Positions 1-9,421 of a stretch of 51,115 nucleotides of DNA are shown piece after piece; the stretch's first letter is position 1; every line of letters starts with the position of its first letter. Source of the stretch: an uncultured Campylobacteraceae bacterium (GTDB lineage Bacteria > Campylobacterota > Campylobacteria > Campylobacterales > UBA6016); the NCBI GenBank assembly GCA_964577355.1, contig CAZNYV010000003.1, positions 1 to 51,115 on the forward strand. The letters run 5' to 3'. The notes under the pieces were generated by a model. The model was given only the letters and a program-made list of their open reading frames with translations. It was not told the origin of the DNA and made no database searches. The position numbers and the translations under genes were made by a program.

Positions 1-1461
1 TATGCCAGGTTGTATGTTTTGGATATTTTTATTGACAGCTTCAATTGAGTTTGGAATATATAAAAACAGTATCGGTCTATCATTCGCAATATCTGCAAAT
101 ATCTCTTGAAAATAGGTAGCTAGAAGTTTTTTGTCTACAGTTCTTTCAGCTTTTTCGATAAGTGTATCTACGGATTTGTTTTGATATGAAACAAAGTTGA
201 ATCCACCTTTTTTGCCTACTTGCGAGCCGTGCCAAATAGTAAATGCGTCTGGCACAATAGATAGCCCCCAACCAAGAAGCACGGTGTCAAAGTGTCTAGG
301 GTTGACTACTGTATTTAGAAATGCTTGCCACTCCATACCCTTTATTTTGACATGCACACCAGCTTTTAGGAGCTGTTGTTGAATAATTTCTGCAGCATAC
401 ATTCGTAGCCTGTTGTTTGAATTGGTAGCTATCTCAAATTCCAACGGATTTTTTTCATCATAGCCAGCTTCAGTTAGCAGTTGTTTTGCTTTTTGTATGT
501 TTTGATTTGGGGCTTTTACTGTTGAGTTAAAGGCAAATGAATCAGGTAAAAATGGTCCAGTACAAACTCTAGCATGCCCCAAAAATATGATGTCAACTAG
601 CTCTTGTCTATCTATTGCTAGACTGAGGGCTTCTCTGACTTTTGGATTTTGGAATTTTGAATTTTGAAGATTGAAGCCTAGATAAGTATAGCTATTGTCA
701 GGTTTTTCGATGATTCGGAATTTTTTTTTGAAGTCGCCGTCAAGCTGTTTCTCGAGCTGTAGCGGTGACAACCCACCAATATCTAGCCCGCCCGTCTTTA
801 ATATCAAAAATTGAGATGATGAGTCTGGCAGAAATTTGTAAACGACTTTGTCTATTTTTGGGCGGTGTATAAAATAGTTATCAAAGGCATTTAGCTCAAT
901 ATCCTGAGAGGCTTCTGCTTTTTTGATTGTGTAGTCTCCGCTACCGATAGGAGAAAAGTTGAATTTTGCTGTCATCAAGTCTGGCTCATGCTCTAGGATG
1001 TGCTTTGGCAAAATTGGCATCATCCAGCTCTCAAGAGCCTTGAAATATGGCTCTTTGTATTTTACGAGGACTTTGAACTTCCCGACAGCTTGTACACTCG
1101 ATACTTTGCGGAACTCTTCGGCATAAGGAGTAAATACTTTTGGTGAATTGATTGTGTTGTATGTGAAAACGACATCATCAGCGGTAATTTGTGCACCGTC
1201 ATGCCATAGGGCGTCTTGGCGAAGCTCAAAAAGTAGCGTTGTGTCGTCCAAAAATTTGTATGATTTGGCGATTTCAGGGCGTATTTTTGCATCTCTGTCA
1301 TATGAAATCAGCGAGGCAAAAAGCCAACCTGTAATTTCACCAGAAGAGCTATCGGTAGCCAAGATAGGATTTAGTCTCCCAATGTTGGAACCGAGAGCAA
1401 GATGGAGCTCACTAGCCGCAAGAGCGATTGAAATGGCGACTAGAAAGCAGAGCTTTTTCAT
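1..1461 (-). CDS. ABC transporter substrate-binding protein, family 5 (peptide/nickel type); C-terminal end runs off the window
   Basis: This ORF is absent from the supplied track because it has no stop inside the window. Hand translation from the ATG at 1461..1459 gives MKKLCFLVAISIALAASELHLALGSNIGRLNPILATDSSSGEITGWLFASLISYDRDAKIRPEIAKSYKF..LRQDALWHDGAQITADDVVFTYNTI.., a signal peptide followed by a typical SBP_bac_5 N-terminus. I checked codon by codon from position 960 down to 1 and saw no stop in the ~180 codons translated from the start, so the frame is open to the window edge. Confidence 0.75.
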   Translation of the reverse strand, partial: MKKLCFLVAISIALAASELHLALGSNIGRLNPILATDSSSGEITGWLFASLISYDRDAKIRPEIAKSYKFLDDTTLLFELRQDALWHDGAQITADDVVFTYNTINSPKVFTPYAEEFRKVSSVQAVGKFKVLVKYKEPYFKALESWMMPILPKHILEHEPDLMTAKFNFSPIGSGDYTIKKAEASQDIELNAFDNYFIHRPKIDKVVYKFLPDSSSQFLILKTGGLDIGGLSPLQLEKQLDGDFKKKFRIIEKPDNSYTYLGFNLQNSKFQNPKVREALSLAIDRQELVDIIFLGHARVCTGPFLPDSFAFNSTVKAPNQNIQKAKQLLTEAGYDEKNPLEFEIATNSNNRLRMYAAEIIQQQLLKAGVHVKIKGMEWQAFLNTVVNPRHFDTVLLGWGLSIVPDAFTIWHGSQVGKKGGFNFVSYQNKSVDTLIEKAERTVDKKLLATYFQEIFADIANDRPILFLYIPNSIEAVNKNIQNIQPGI

Positions 1462-2484
1462 TTATCTTTTGGAGTAGTCGTGTACGAAGTCTACGAGGAA
1501 TTTCGCCATTGCAGGATCCATGTCTGGTTGCATTCCATGCCCTAGATTGAATATGTGACCGCTTTCGCCTCTAAACATATCAATGAGGTGTGTTGCACAC
1601 TCTCTAGTTGCTGATTCACTATATAGACGACATGGCTCCATGTTGCCTTGAAGTGCGTATCTGTCAAATAGGTGTTTTTTTGCTTCTATCATCGGAGTGC
1701 TCCAGTCAACACCATAAACATCGAAGTTGCCATCGATTTTGTCCATATACATTCCAACACCCTTGCTAAAGAGTATCACCGGAGTCTCTGGAGATTTTTC
1801 TTTGATATATTCAGCGATGTCTTTCATATATTTCCAGCTAAATTCAAAGAATTTGCCTTTTTCAAGTGCGCCACCCCAGCTATCAAATACTTGTACAGCG
1901 TTTGCACCAGCTTTGATTTGCATAAGCAGATACTCTTTGACTGTGTCTGTGAGAAGTTTTAGTAGCAGATGCATAAATGTAGGCTCTGCATAGACTAGCT
2001 TTTTGATTTTCTCATATTGTTTTGATCCACCACCCTCTATCATATATGTAGCAAGCGTCCAAGGGCTGCCAGCAAAACCAATAAGTGCCTTATCCGATGG
2101 AAGCTCTTTTCTAATCGCACTTACGGCTTCATATACATAACCTAGATTGTTGTGAGCATCCTTTGACAGTCTGTCTAGATCACCAAAACTGCTAATTGGG
2201 TCATGAAATACAGGACCTCTTTTCTCGATAAACTCTAGGTTCATCCCCATCTCTAGTGGCACAACTAGAATATCACTAAATAGTATCGCCGCATCTACAT
2301 CAAGAATGCTTATCGGTTGAAGCGTAGCTTCTGTTGCTAGCTCAGGTCTGCGACAAAAATCTATAAAGTTCTTTGCTTTTGCCCTTGTGGCTCTGTACTC
2401 TGGCAGATATCTGCCAGCTTGTCTCATCATCCATATTGGAGTGTGTTTTGTTGGTCGTTTAAAACATGCGTCTATAAAAGTCAC
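1462..2484 (-). CDS. hemE: uroporphyrinogen decarboxylase
   Basis: 340 aa. The N-terminus PIWMMRQAGRYLPEYRATR and the C-terminal FNLGHG are HemE hallmarks. Confidence 0.95.
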   Translation of the reverse strand: MTFIDACFKRPTKHTPIWMMRQAGRYLPEYRATRAKAKNFIDFCRRPELATEATLQPISILDVDAAILFSDILVVPLEMGMNLEFIEKRGPVFHDPISSFGDLDRLSKDAHNNLGYVYEAVSAIRKELPSDKALIGFAGSPWTLATYMIEGGGSKQYEKIKKLVYAEPTFMHLLLKLLTDTVKEYLLMQIKAGANAVQVFDSWGGALEKGKFFEFSWKYMKDIAEYIKEKSPETPVILFSKGVGMYMDKIDGNFDVYGVDWSTPMIEAKKHLFDRYALQGNMEPCRLYSESATRECATHLIDMFRGESGHIFNLGHGMQPDMDPAMAKFLVDFVHDYSKR

Positions 2485-3065
2485 TAGTGGTTACCGCCTT
2501 TGTGTAGAAAGTATAATGCCAAGGAAAGTCCAAGAATAGAAGTGGCAAGGTACAGCATTTCGAGAGCACCATTGAATGGCATCTCAAGTACCATTTGAAA
2601 ATATCTTACAATGAGAACCATGATAATAACTTTTGCGATTTTATCTTTTAGTTCGTCAAGTGAATGGATTTGCAGGATTTTTGAGCCACTTTCGCTCTCT
2701 GCTTCGTCAACAATAGATATAAATAACTCATAAATACCAAAGCTGAAGATAAAAAGCACGACAGCGATAAGATATAAATCAATTGCTCCAATGATTTCGC
2801 CAACTGCTTTTGCGTGCAAATCGTAGCTGTGGTCACCTAGGATATAGTATCCCCAAGTTTTTGCCAAGACATCCAAAATATCAAGTGAACCTATAATAAA
2901 AAGAACTATTGAGGCAAAAAGGCTTGAGACTACAGCGAGGATAACAAAAAATCTGCTTCTCCAAAGTGCCCCTTCAAATACTCGTTCAAGTAGCGAGCTT
3001 TCTAATGCGTCAGATTTTATTGCTTTTGTAAGCTCATCTTGCGTTGTTGTCTCTTCGTGAGCCAT
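2484..3065 (-). CDS. YqhA/UPF0114 family inner-membrane protein
   Basis: 193 aa with multiple TM segments. The ALWRSRFFVILAVVSSLFASIVLF.. layout resembles YqhA. It overlaps hemE and asd by 1 nt each. Confidence 0.65.
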   Translation of the reverse strand: MAHEETTTQDELTKAIKSDALESSLLERVFEGALWRSRFFVILAVVSSLFASIVLFIIGSLDILDVLAKTWGYYILGDHSYDLHAKAVGEIIGAIDLYLIAVVLFIFSFGIYELFISIVDEAESESGSKILQIHSLDELKDKIAKVIIMVLIVRYFQMVLEMPFNGALEMLYLATSILGLSLALYFLHKGGNH

Positions 3066-4093
3066 TATTTAGCCTCCATTTCTATCCATTTTTGTGCGAT
3101 TCTAACTGCATTTGTGGCGGCGCCAACACGAAGGTTGTCTGCAACTACCCACAAGTGAAGTATTGTTGGGTCGTATAAATCTACCCTCATACGACCTACA
3201 AAAGAGTCGTTTTTGCCATTTGCATTCATAGGCATCGGATAGATTGATTTGCTCGGCTCGTCTTCAACAACCACGCCTTCTGCTGATTCAAGAGCAATCT
3301 TGGCTGCACTGATGTCTACTGGCCTTGAGAACTTGATACTTACTGATTCGCTATGACCTCTTAGAACGGGTACTCTGACACATGTTGCAGAGATTTGCAT
3401 ATCTTTGTGCATGATTTTTTGGCTCTCATTTATCATTTTGAGCTCTTCTTTTGTGTATCCATTGTCAGTGAAACTGTCGATTTGTGGAATCAGATTTAGT
3501 GCTATTCTATGGGCAAATTTGACTGGCTTCTTGTCGTCTATTTTGAACTCAAAAAACGCTTTCATCTGGTCAACTAGCTCTTCCATCGCTGTGATACCAG
3601 CACCACTGACAGCTTGGTATGTTGATACATCGACTCTCTCTATATCAAAAAGTTTGTCAAGCGGGCTTAGAACTGTGACCATTTGGATTGTTGAGCAGTT
3701 TGGATTTGCAATGATTCCTTTTTTCTTCCAGTTTTTGATGTCTGTTGGATTTACTTCTGGGACAACTAGTGGCACATCGGCATCCATTCTATAATGACTT
3801 GTATTATCGATAACAACGCACCCTGCTTTTGCAGCTGATGGAGCAAATCTAGCAGAGACTGAGCCTCCAGCACTAAATAACGCGATTTCTACGCCTTCTT
3901 TGGCAAAAACATCATCTGTTAGCTCTAGAACATCTATCTCTTCACCGTTGAACTCAACTTTTTTGCCGATAGAGTTGGCACTCGCGAGTGGGACTAGTTT
4001 TTTTACTGGAAAGTTTAGTTCGCTCAAAACTTCCATCATCTCTTGTCCAACCGCACCCGTAACACCTGCAATTGCGACTACAAATTTTTTCAT
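3065..4093 (-). CDS. asd: aspartate-semialdehyde dehydrogenase
   Basis: 342 aa. It has GVTGAVGQEM (NAD fold), the active-site context IIANPNCSTIQ, and GAATNAVRIAQ. Confidence 0.95.
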   Translation of the reverse strand: MKKFVVAIAGVTGAVGQEMMEVLSELNFPVKKLVPLASANSIGKKVEFNGEEIDVLELTDDVFAKEGVEIALFSAGGSVSARFAPSAAKAGCVVIDNTSHYRMDADVPLVVPEVNPTDIKNWKKKGIIANPNCSTIQMVTVLSPLDKLFDIERVDVSTYQAVSGAGITAMEELVDQMKAFFEFKIDDKKPVKFAHRIALNLIPQIDSFTDNGYTKEELKMINESQKIMHKDMQISATCVRVPVLRGHSESVSIKFSRPVDISAAKIALESAEGVVVEDEPSKSIYPMPMNANGKNDSFVGRMRVDLYDPTILHLWVVADNLRVGAATNAVRIAQKWIEMEAK

Positions 4094-4164
4094 AATTCAT
4101 CCTAAGTTAAGTTTTTGGTGATTATACCAAAGCTTGGCTTCTTGGTTTTGTCGATGGAGGTTTG

Positions 4165-5322
4165 CTATAGATAGACTCTCACATCTTCTGCTGTGATTTG
4201 TTCTTCATCTGTTAGTATTGCCAATCTTTCGCTAACAGATATAAGCTCTCTAATATTGCCAGGCCAGTTATAATTTTCTAGTGCGTTTTTGGCGTCATCT
4301 GAAAAATAGTGATTTTTGACATTGTATTTTGCCATTGTCATCGCTAATACTTTCTGTGCAATTGGGAGAATCTCGTCTTTTCTATCCCTGAGAGGCGGTA
4401 TTTTGACTGGGATTGTGTTTAGCCTGTAGTAAAGATCCTCACGAAATAGTTGCTCTTTGATATTTTTTTCTATATTTACATTTGTAGCAGAAATGATTCT
4501 GACATCTATTTTGATAGATTTTGTACCACCAAGTCTTGTTATCTCTCTATCCTGTAGTGCTCGAAGTAGTTTCGATTGGAGCGCAAAAGGCATCTCTGCT
4601 ATTTCGTCAAGAAATAGTGTTCCTCCGTGCGCCATCTCAAAACGACCAATTTTTGTATTTTGAGCATCCGTAAAAGCACCTTTTTCATACCCAAATAGTT
4701 CACTCTCTATCAGATTGTCTGGAATAGCAGCCATATTAATTGCAATAAAAGGCTTGCTGTTTCTTGATGAGCTTTTGTGTATGAATTTTGCAAAAACTTC
4801 TTTGCCTACACCGCTTTCTCCTAGCAACAATATAGAAGCGTCGGTCTTTGCCGCTTTTAGTGCTATTGACAGTGAGCTCTCTAATGGCGTACTTGAAGCC
4901 CAGAAATCTTCGGTTGATTTACTATTTCTTGACTCCTCTGGCACTTGTGTTGTGGTTGGTTTTGCTGGTGATACTTGTTGTGTCGAAGCTCTTTTGATTG
5001 CATCAATTAGTGTTTGAATCTCAAAAGGTTTCATGATGAAGTCTTTAACCCCAAGCCTTATGCCATCGATTGCTTTGGTAAGTGTTGCGTTGCCTGTGAT
5101 AACAACAACTGGCCATCTGCCACCTAACTCTTTTACAAACTCCATACCATCCATGCCTGGCATCGTCAAATCTGTTACTATGATGTCAAAAGAGTCATCG
5201 ATATTTTTTAACGCTTCTTTTGGATTTTTAAAACTTTTCAGGTCAAATTCATCGTAAACTGCAAACGCCATTTCTAGCGATTTGCGCATATTTATATCAT
5301 CTTCTACTAGTGCTATTTTCAT
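4165..5322 (-). CDS. flgR: sigma54-dependent response regulator (receiver + AAA+ domain, no C-terminal HTH), FlgR-like
   Basis: 385 aa. It has a receiver domain (IIVTDLTMPGMDG), Walker A GESGVGKE, the loop GAFTDA (a GAFTGA variant), and GNIRELISV. The protein ends about 20 aa after the AAA+ domain. It lies directly downstream of flgP-flgQ, as in C. jejuni. Confidence 0.85.
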   Translation of the reverse strand: MKIALVEDDINMRKSLEMAFAVYDEFDLKSFKNPKEALKNIDDSFDIIVTDLTMPGMDGMEFVKELGGRWPVVVITGNATLTKAIDGIRLGVKDFIMKPFEIQTLIDAIKRASTQQVSPAKPTTTQVPEESRNSKSTEDFWASSTPLESSLSIALKAAKTDASILLLGESGVGKEVFAKFIHKSSSRNSKPFIAINMAAIPDNLIESELFGYEKGAFTDAQNTKIGRFEMAHGGTLFLDEIAEMPFALQSKLLRALQDREITRLGGTKSIKIDVRIISATNVNIEKNIKEQLFREDLYYRLNTIPVKIPPLRDRKDEILPIAQKVLAMTMAKYNVKNHYFSDDAKNALENYNWPGNIRELISVSERLAILTDEEQITAEDVRVYL

Positions 5323-5331
5323 ATTTTCCTG

Positions 5332-5733
5332 CTATTCTTGAGGTACTTTGATGGTAACAAAAACATCATTAAACTCAATCTTTATCGGTATTGGTCCAAA
5401 TTTAATGTCAGTTGTTTCGGATAGATTATTTACATCAAATATTTTTTGATTTGATACTACGCTTACTTGGTAGCCCATTAGTTCTTGGATAATTTGCTCT
5501 TTGTGCTCTTTGATAAATGCACTTTCGTTAGCTGAGGTTGGGTTTGTGTTTTCTATTTCTGTTTGGAAGAGTATTTTTGAGCTTGGAAGAGGAACTATCG
5601 CCCTCGATATTGTGGTTCTTTCGCTTGACATTACTAATTGCTTGCTAGCTAGTGAGTATGTTGCATAATAATCACCAGCCAACAATGTTGAGGCAAGTGC
5701 TATTTGTAGGCTGACACTAACTCCGAATACCAT
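5332..5733 (-). CDS. flgQ: FlgQ-like flagellar motility protein (called by position)
   Basis: 133-aa ORF with a hydrophobic N-terminus, sitting between flgP and flgR exactly where flgQ lies in C. jejuni. The start is uncertain because it overlaps flgP by 34 nt. Confidence 0.5.
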   Translation of the reverse strand: MVFGVSVSLQIALASTLLAGDYYATYSLASKQLVMSSERTTISRAIVPLPSSKILFQTEIENTNPTSANESAFIKEHKEQIIQELMGYQVSVVSNQKIFDVNNLSETTDIKFGPIPIKIEFNDVFVTIKVPQE

Positions 5734-6212
5734 CTGCTACCGACAACTTTTAGCTCCATTTCAACTTCACAAAAATCTTTTGCACATTTTGTTTCGACAA
5801 TATTTGCATGTCTAATCATAGATGACACGCAAGTTTTGACTTGTGATCTTTGTACAACCATATTTTTTACCAAGTCATAGCCTTCCACTTTGACGCCATT
5901 TAGTTTCTCAGCTAGCATTCTATAACCATCAGCAATAGCTGCCTTTTTAGCCAAAGCAACTGCTTGATATGGTGAAATAGTACTTTCAGGTGCTACGCCT
6001 TGACCAATTACTGATATTGTAATCACATTATCGCGACTTAGAGCTTCGTCTCTAACATCAGCTCTTGGTTCTGCTTGTGGCTCTTGTTTTGGTTTTGCAA
6101 CCTCAACAGCTTTTGGTTCAGCCTTAACCTCTGGTTTTGCAGCCTCTGGAGCCCCCTCAGCAATAAGAGAAGTTCCTGCTAGAATCGCCGCTATTAGTAG
6201 CATTTTTTTCAT
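5700..6212 (-). CDS. flgP: LPP20-family flagellar basal-disk protein FlgP
   Basis: 170 aa. It has a signal peptide, an A/E/P/K-rich linker, and an LPP20-type core (ISVIGQGVAPE..PYQAVALAKKAAIADGYRMLAEKLNGVKVEG). There is no lipobox Cys after the signal peptide. Confidence 0.75.
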   Translation of the reverse strand: MKKMLLIAAILAGTSLIAEGAPEAAKPEVKAEPKAVEVAKPKQEPQAEPRADVRDEALSRDNVITISVIGQGVAPESTISPYQAVALAKKAAIADGYRMLAEKLNGVKVEGYDLVKNMVVQRSQVKTCVSSMIRHANIVETKCAKDFCEVEMELKVVGSRWYSELVSAYK

Positions 6213-6223
6213 TTTGTATTCCT

Positions 6224-6595
6224 TTATTCAGCTAGAATGGTTTTGTATTGTCTATTATAAATCAGTCCAGATGTGCAATCATCATCTGCTGGATTGTACG
6301 GTTTCATCTGTTTTTGTGTTACCTGTTGCTTGTTCGGGCTTGCCACAGTGTTCGTATTGGTGACATAGGTGATGTTGGTAATATTGGTGCAGTTACAATC
6401 GCTCCTTGAAACAACTTTCTCTGTTTTATTTTGATCAACTTGTTTAACAGTTTTATTTTCATCGACGACTTTAACAGTTCTGTTTTCGTCAGTAACTTTA
6501 ACTGTCTTATTCAAGTCTGGTTCAACTTGGCTAGTGCCACACCCTACAAGGAGCAAAGAGGCGAAAATTGTTACAGCAACAGCAGTTTTTATCAT
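6224..6595 (-). CDS. small lipoprotein with about four 8-9-aa tandem repeats
   Basis: 123 aa with lipobox LLVGC. The repeats are NKTVKVTDENRTVKVVDENKTVKQVDQNKTEKVV. It is in the same orientation as flgP, 11 nt upstream of it. Confidence 0.6.
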   Translation of the reverse strand: MIKTAVAVTIFASLLLVGCGTSQVEPDLNKTVKVTDENRTVKVVDENKTVKQVDQNKTEKVVSRSDCNCTNITNITYVTNTNTVASPNKQQVTQKQMKPYNPADDDCTSGLIYNRQYKTILAE

Positions 6596-6610
6596 TAATT
6601 AACCTTTGTA

Positions 6611-6784
6611 CTAATTACCACAATCACTCAAAATTGTCTTGTACTCTCCGACGCCTCTGTTGTTATTACCGCCACCAAATGGTGAATTTACATCCGCTTC
6701 AGCTTGAAACTTCACAGAACAACCAGCACAAAACATTCCAAGTACTAATAATAGTAGTGAAATTTTTAAAATTTTTACTTTCAT
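6611..6784 (-). CDS. 57-aa putative lipoprotein (below the ORF-track size cut-off)
   Basis: Hand translation gives MKVKILKISLLLLVLGMFCAGCSVKFQAEADVNSPFGGGNNNRGVGEYKTILSDCGN*. It has a signal peptide with a lipobox-like AGC. It lies between the gyrA stop and the repeat lipoprotein. Confidence 0.4.
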   Translation of the reverse strand: MKVKILKISLLLLVLGMFCAGCSVKFQAEADVNSPFGGGNNNRGVGEYKTILSDCGN

Positions 6785-6811
6785 AGTTTGGATATCGTCT
6801 GGTTTTGAAAT

Positions 6812-9337
6812 TTATTGAATAAGTCCATCGCTACTCTCTTCACCGCCCTCAATAGTCTCGTCTTCATCTGGCTCTTTGAGACATCTTGCTATGTCAATTA
6901 CCTTGTCTTTGTCTTCTATTGAGATAACCTTGACTCCACTTGCATTTCTGCCAGTCTCTCTGATGCTTGACATGTCAATTCTAATTAGTTTTTTACCAGC
7001 CGTTAGAGCCATCAAATCCATGGTCTCATCAGCCACGATTATTCCTACCATATCGCCAGTTTTTGGCGTAAGTTTCATAGCTATCACACCTTTGCCACCC
7101 CGAGATTGCAGTCTGTACTCGCTAGCAAGTGTTTGTTTTCCAAAGCCTTTTTCACTGACTGTCAATAGTTTTTCTTCATCCCCGCTGATAACATTTGCTC
7201 CAACTACTTGGTCGTCACCAACTTTGAATCTGATACCAGTGACACCTCTAGCGGTTCGTCCTAGCTCTCTAACTCCGCCTTTGCCCTCTTCGTCAGAGTT
7301 GATGTCAAATCTGATACACATACCTTTTTTGGTTAGTATGAAGAACTGTTTGTTCGTCGGCTCTATTACTTGGGCGGTTACAAGCTCATCATTCTCATCA
7401 AGTGTGATTGCTCTGACGCCCACACTTCTAACATTGCCGTATTCGCTTAGGTTTGTTCGTTTGATGATGCCGTTTCTAGTGAAGAATGCTAGAGATTTGC
7501 TCTCGTCAAAGTCAGTAGTGTTGATAACCGCTCTAATCTCTTCGCCTGGTTGGATTGTGATTAGATTTACAACTGGTTTGCCTTTTGCGGTTCTGCCAGA
7601 TTCTGGGATTTTGTATACTTTTAGCCAGTATAGTTGTCCGCGATTGGTTACAAACATTAGTGTGTCATGGGTGTTGCAGACAAAGAATCTTTCGATGAAG
7701 TCATCGTCATCAGTGCTTACGGCAATCTTGCCTTTTCCACCTCTGTTTTGTTTTTCATATGTTTTGAGGATTGTTCGTTTGATATATCCTCTATGAGACA
7801 TAGTCACAATCATTGGCTCATTTGGTATAAGGTCTTCGATATCTATGTCTTCATAGTCTTCTGTGATTTCTGTTAGTCTTTTTGTCGGGAATTTATCTTT
7901 TAGCTCTACTAGCTCTGTTTTGATTACTTCGTTGAGTAGCTCTTCGCTTCTTAGAATTGCTGAGAGTCTTTCGATTTCTACCATAAGCTCGTTGTACTCT
8001 TTCTCTATCTTGTCTCTCTCAAGACCAGTTAGTCTTTGGATTCTCATATCAAGGATGGCTTGCGCTTGGATTTCGCTTAGAGAAAATCTCTCCATCAAGC
8101 TTGTTCTAGCTGTGCTTGCGTCGGCACTTGCACGGATTAGAGCTACGATTTCATCTATATTGTCGAGAGCAATTCTTAGACCCTCTAGGATATGTGCTCT
8201 ATCTTTTGCTTTTTGAAGCTCAAAAATTGTTCTTCTGATGATAATTGTTTTTCTGTGAGACAAGAATAGCGCTAGAAGTTCTAGCAGATTGAATACCCTC
8301 GGTTCTTTGTTGTGAATAGCAAGCAGATTGACACCAAAGCTAGTTGATAGTGCGGTGTGCTTAAATAGATTGTTCAATACTATTTCACTCATAGCATCTT
8401 TTTTAAGCTCTATAACAAGTCTCATACCATCTCTATCTGATTCGTCCCTGACCTCCGAGATGCCTTCTACGACCTTATCTTTCGCAAGATCCGCAATATG
8501 TTTGTGTAGTCTCGCTTTGTTAACTTGATATGGAAGCTCGTCGACAACTATTAGCTCTTTTCCGCTTTTTTTGTCTTTTTCGATATGTGTTTTGCCTCTG
8601 ATTCTAATAGAGCCCTTGCCTGTTCTGAAGGCGTCTCTTATGCCTTTTGTTCCGAAGATAATACCACCAGTCGGGAAGTCAGGTCCTTGAACAAAGTTCA
8701 TCATATCTTCGACAGTGGCGTCTTTATTGTCGATTAGGTAGATGAGCGCATCGATTAGTTCGTTTAGATTGTGTGGAGGGATATTTGTTGCCATACCTAC
8801 GGCTATACCGCTTGAGCCGTTTAGGAGTAGATTCGGGATTCGGCTAGGTAGAACTGAAGGTTCGTCCATGCTACCATCGTAGTTTGGTATAAAATCTACA
8901 GTCTCTTTTTCGATATCAGAGAGAATCTCTTCTGCTAGAGCAGTCATTCTAGCTTCTGTATATCTCATTGCTGCTGCGCTATCACCATCAACTGAGCCGA
9001 AGTTTCCTTGACCGTCGATTAGTCTCTCTCTCATTGAGAAGTTTTGAGCCATTCTGACGAGTGCGTCATAAACAGCTGTGTCGCCGTGCGGGTGATATTT
9101 ACCGATAACATCACCGACGATTCTGGCTGATTTTTTGTAGGCTGCACGGTGAGAAAGGCTCAGTTCGTTCATCGCAAAAAGGATTCTTCTGTGAACTGGT
9201 TTTAGACCGTCCCTTGCATCTGGCAGGGCTCGTCCGATAATGACGCTCATAGAGTAGTCGAGGTAGCTTGCCTTGACGGAATCTTCGATATTTACATCAA
9301 CGATGTCTTCATTTGCACTAAACATATTTTCGGTCAT
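6812..9337 (-). CDS. gyrA: DNA gyrase subunit A
   Basis: 841 aa with the active-site context [10 protein letters not shown] and an acidic C-terminal tail. The QRDR reads [12 protein letters not shown], with Thr encoded by ACA at 9079..9077, which is the wild-type fluoroquinolone-sensitive residue pattern. Confidence 0.97.
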   Translation of the reverse strand: MTENMFSANEDIVDVNIEDSVKASYLDYSMSVIIGRALPDARDGLKPVHRRILFAMNELSLSHRAAYKKSARIVGDVIGKYHPHGDTAVYDALVRMAQNFSMRERLIDGQGNFGSVDGDSAAAMRYTEARMTALAEEILSDIEKETVDFIPNYDGSMDEPSVLPSRIPNLLLNGSSGIAVGMATNIPPHNLNELIDALIYLIDNKDATVEDMMNFVQGPDFPTGGIIFGTKGIRDAFRTGKGSIRIRGKTHIEKDKKSGKELIVVDELPYQVNKARLHKHIADLAKDKVVEGISEVRDESDRDGMRLVIELKKDAMSEIVLNNLFKHTALSTSFGVNLLAIHNKEPRVFNLLELLALFLSHRKTIIIRRTIFELQKAKDRAHILEGLRIALDNIDEIVALIRASADASTARTSLMERFSLSEIQAQAILDMRIQRLTGLERDKIEKEYNELMVEIERLSAILRSEELLNEVIKTELVELKDKFPTKRLTEITEDYEDIDIEDLIPNEPMIVTMSHRGYIKRTILKTYEKQNRGGKGKIAVSTDDDDFIERFFVCNTHDTLMFVTNRGQLYWLKVYKIPESGRTAKGKPVVNLITIQPGEEIRAVINTTDFDESKSLAFFTRNGIIKRTNLSEYGNVRSVGVRAITLDENDELVTAQVIEPTNKQFFILTKKGMCIRFDINSDEEGKGGVRELGRTARGVTGIRFKVGDDQVVGANVISGDEEKLLTVSEKGFGKQTLASEYRLQSRGGKGVIAMKLTPKTGDMVGIIVADETMDLMALTAGKKLIRIDMSSIRETGRNASGVKVISIEDKDKVIDIARCLKEPDEDETIEGGEESSDGLIQ

Positions 9338-9421
9338 TATTGCCTCTGGTATGGGTAAATTTTATTGGTTAATTCTAGCTTAATTTTGCTTTGAAGCGGT
9401 TATTTTATAGGCTACAGTGGT

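Noticed and set aside
721-729. Homopolymers as phase-variation tracts: T9 at 721..729 (KKK in the binding-protein gene) and C6 at 45029..45034 (in hypB).
   Set aside because: Both are in frame and short. Contingency loci in Campylobacter typically use longer poly-G/C tracts. There is no evidence of frame disruption here.
5700-5733. The 34-nt flgP/flgQ overlap as evidence of a frameshift or gene fusion.
   Set aside because: The two frames encode distinct proteins, each with its own hydrophobic N-terminus. The overlap most likely reflects uncertainty in the flgQ start codon.
6876-7796. A 306-aa plus-strand ORF, with several shorter ones up to 8528, lying inside gyrA.
   Set aside because: It is antisense to a very well-supported gene. 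The translation is Ser/Leu/Pro/Thr-rich low complexity with no motifs, which is typical of a shadow ORF on the opposite strand of a coding region.
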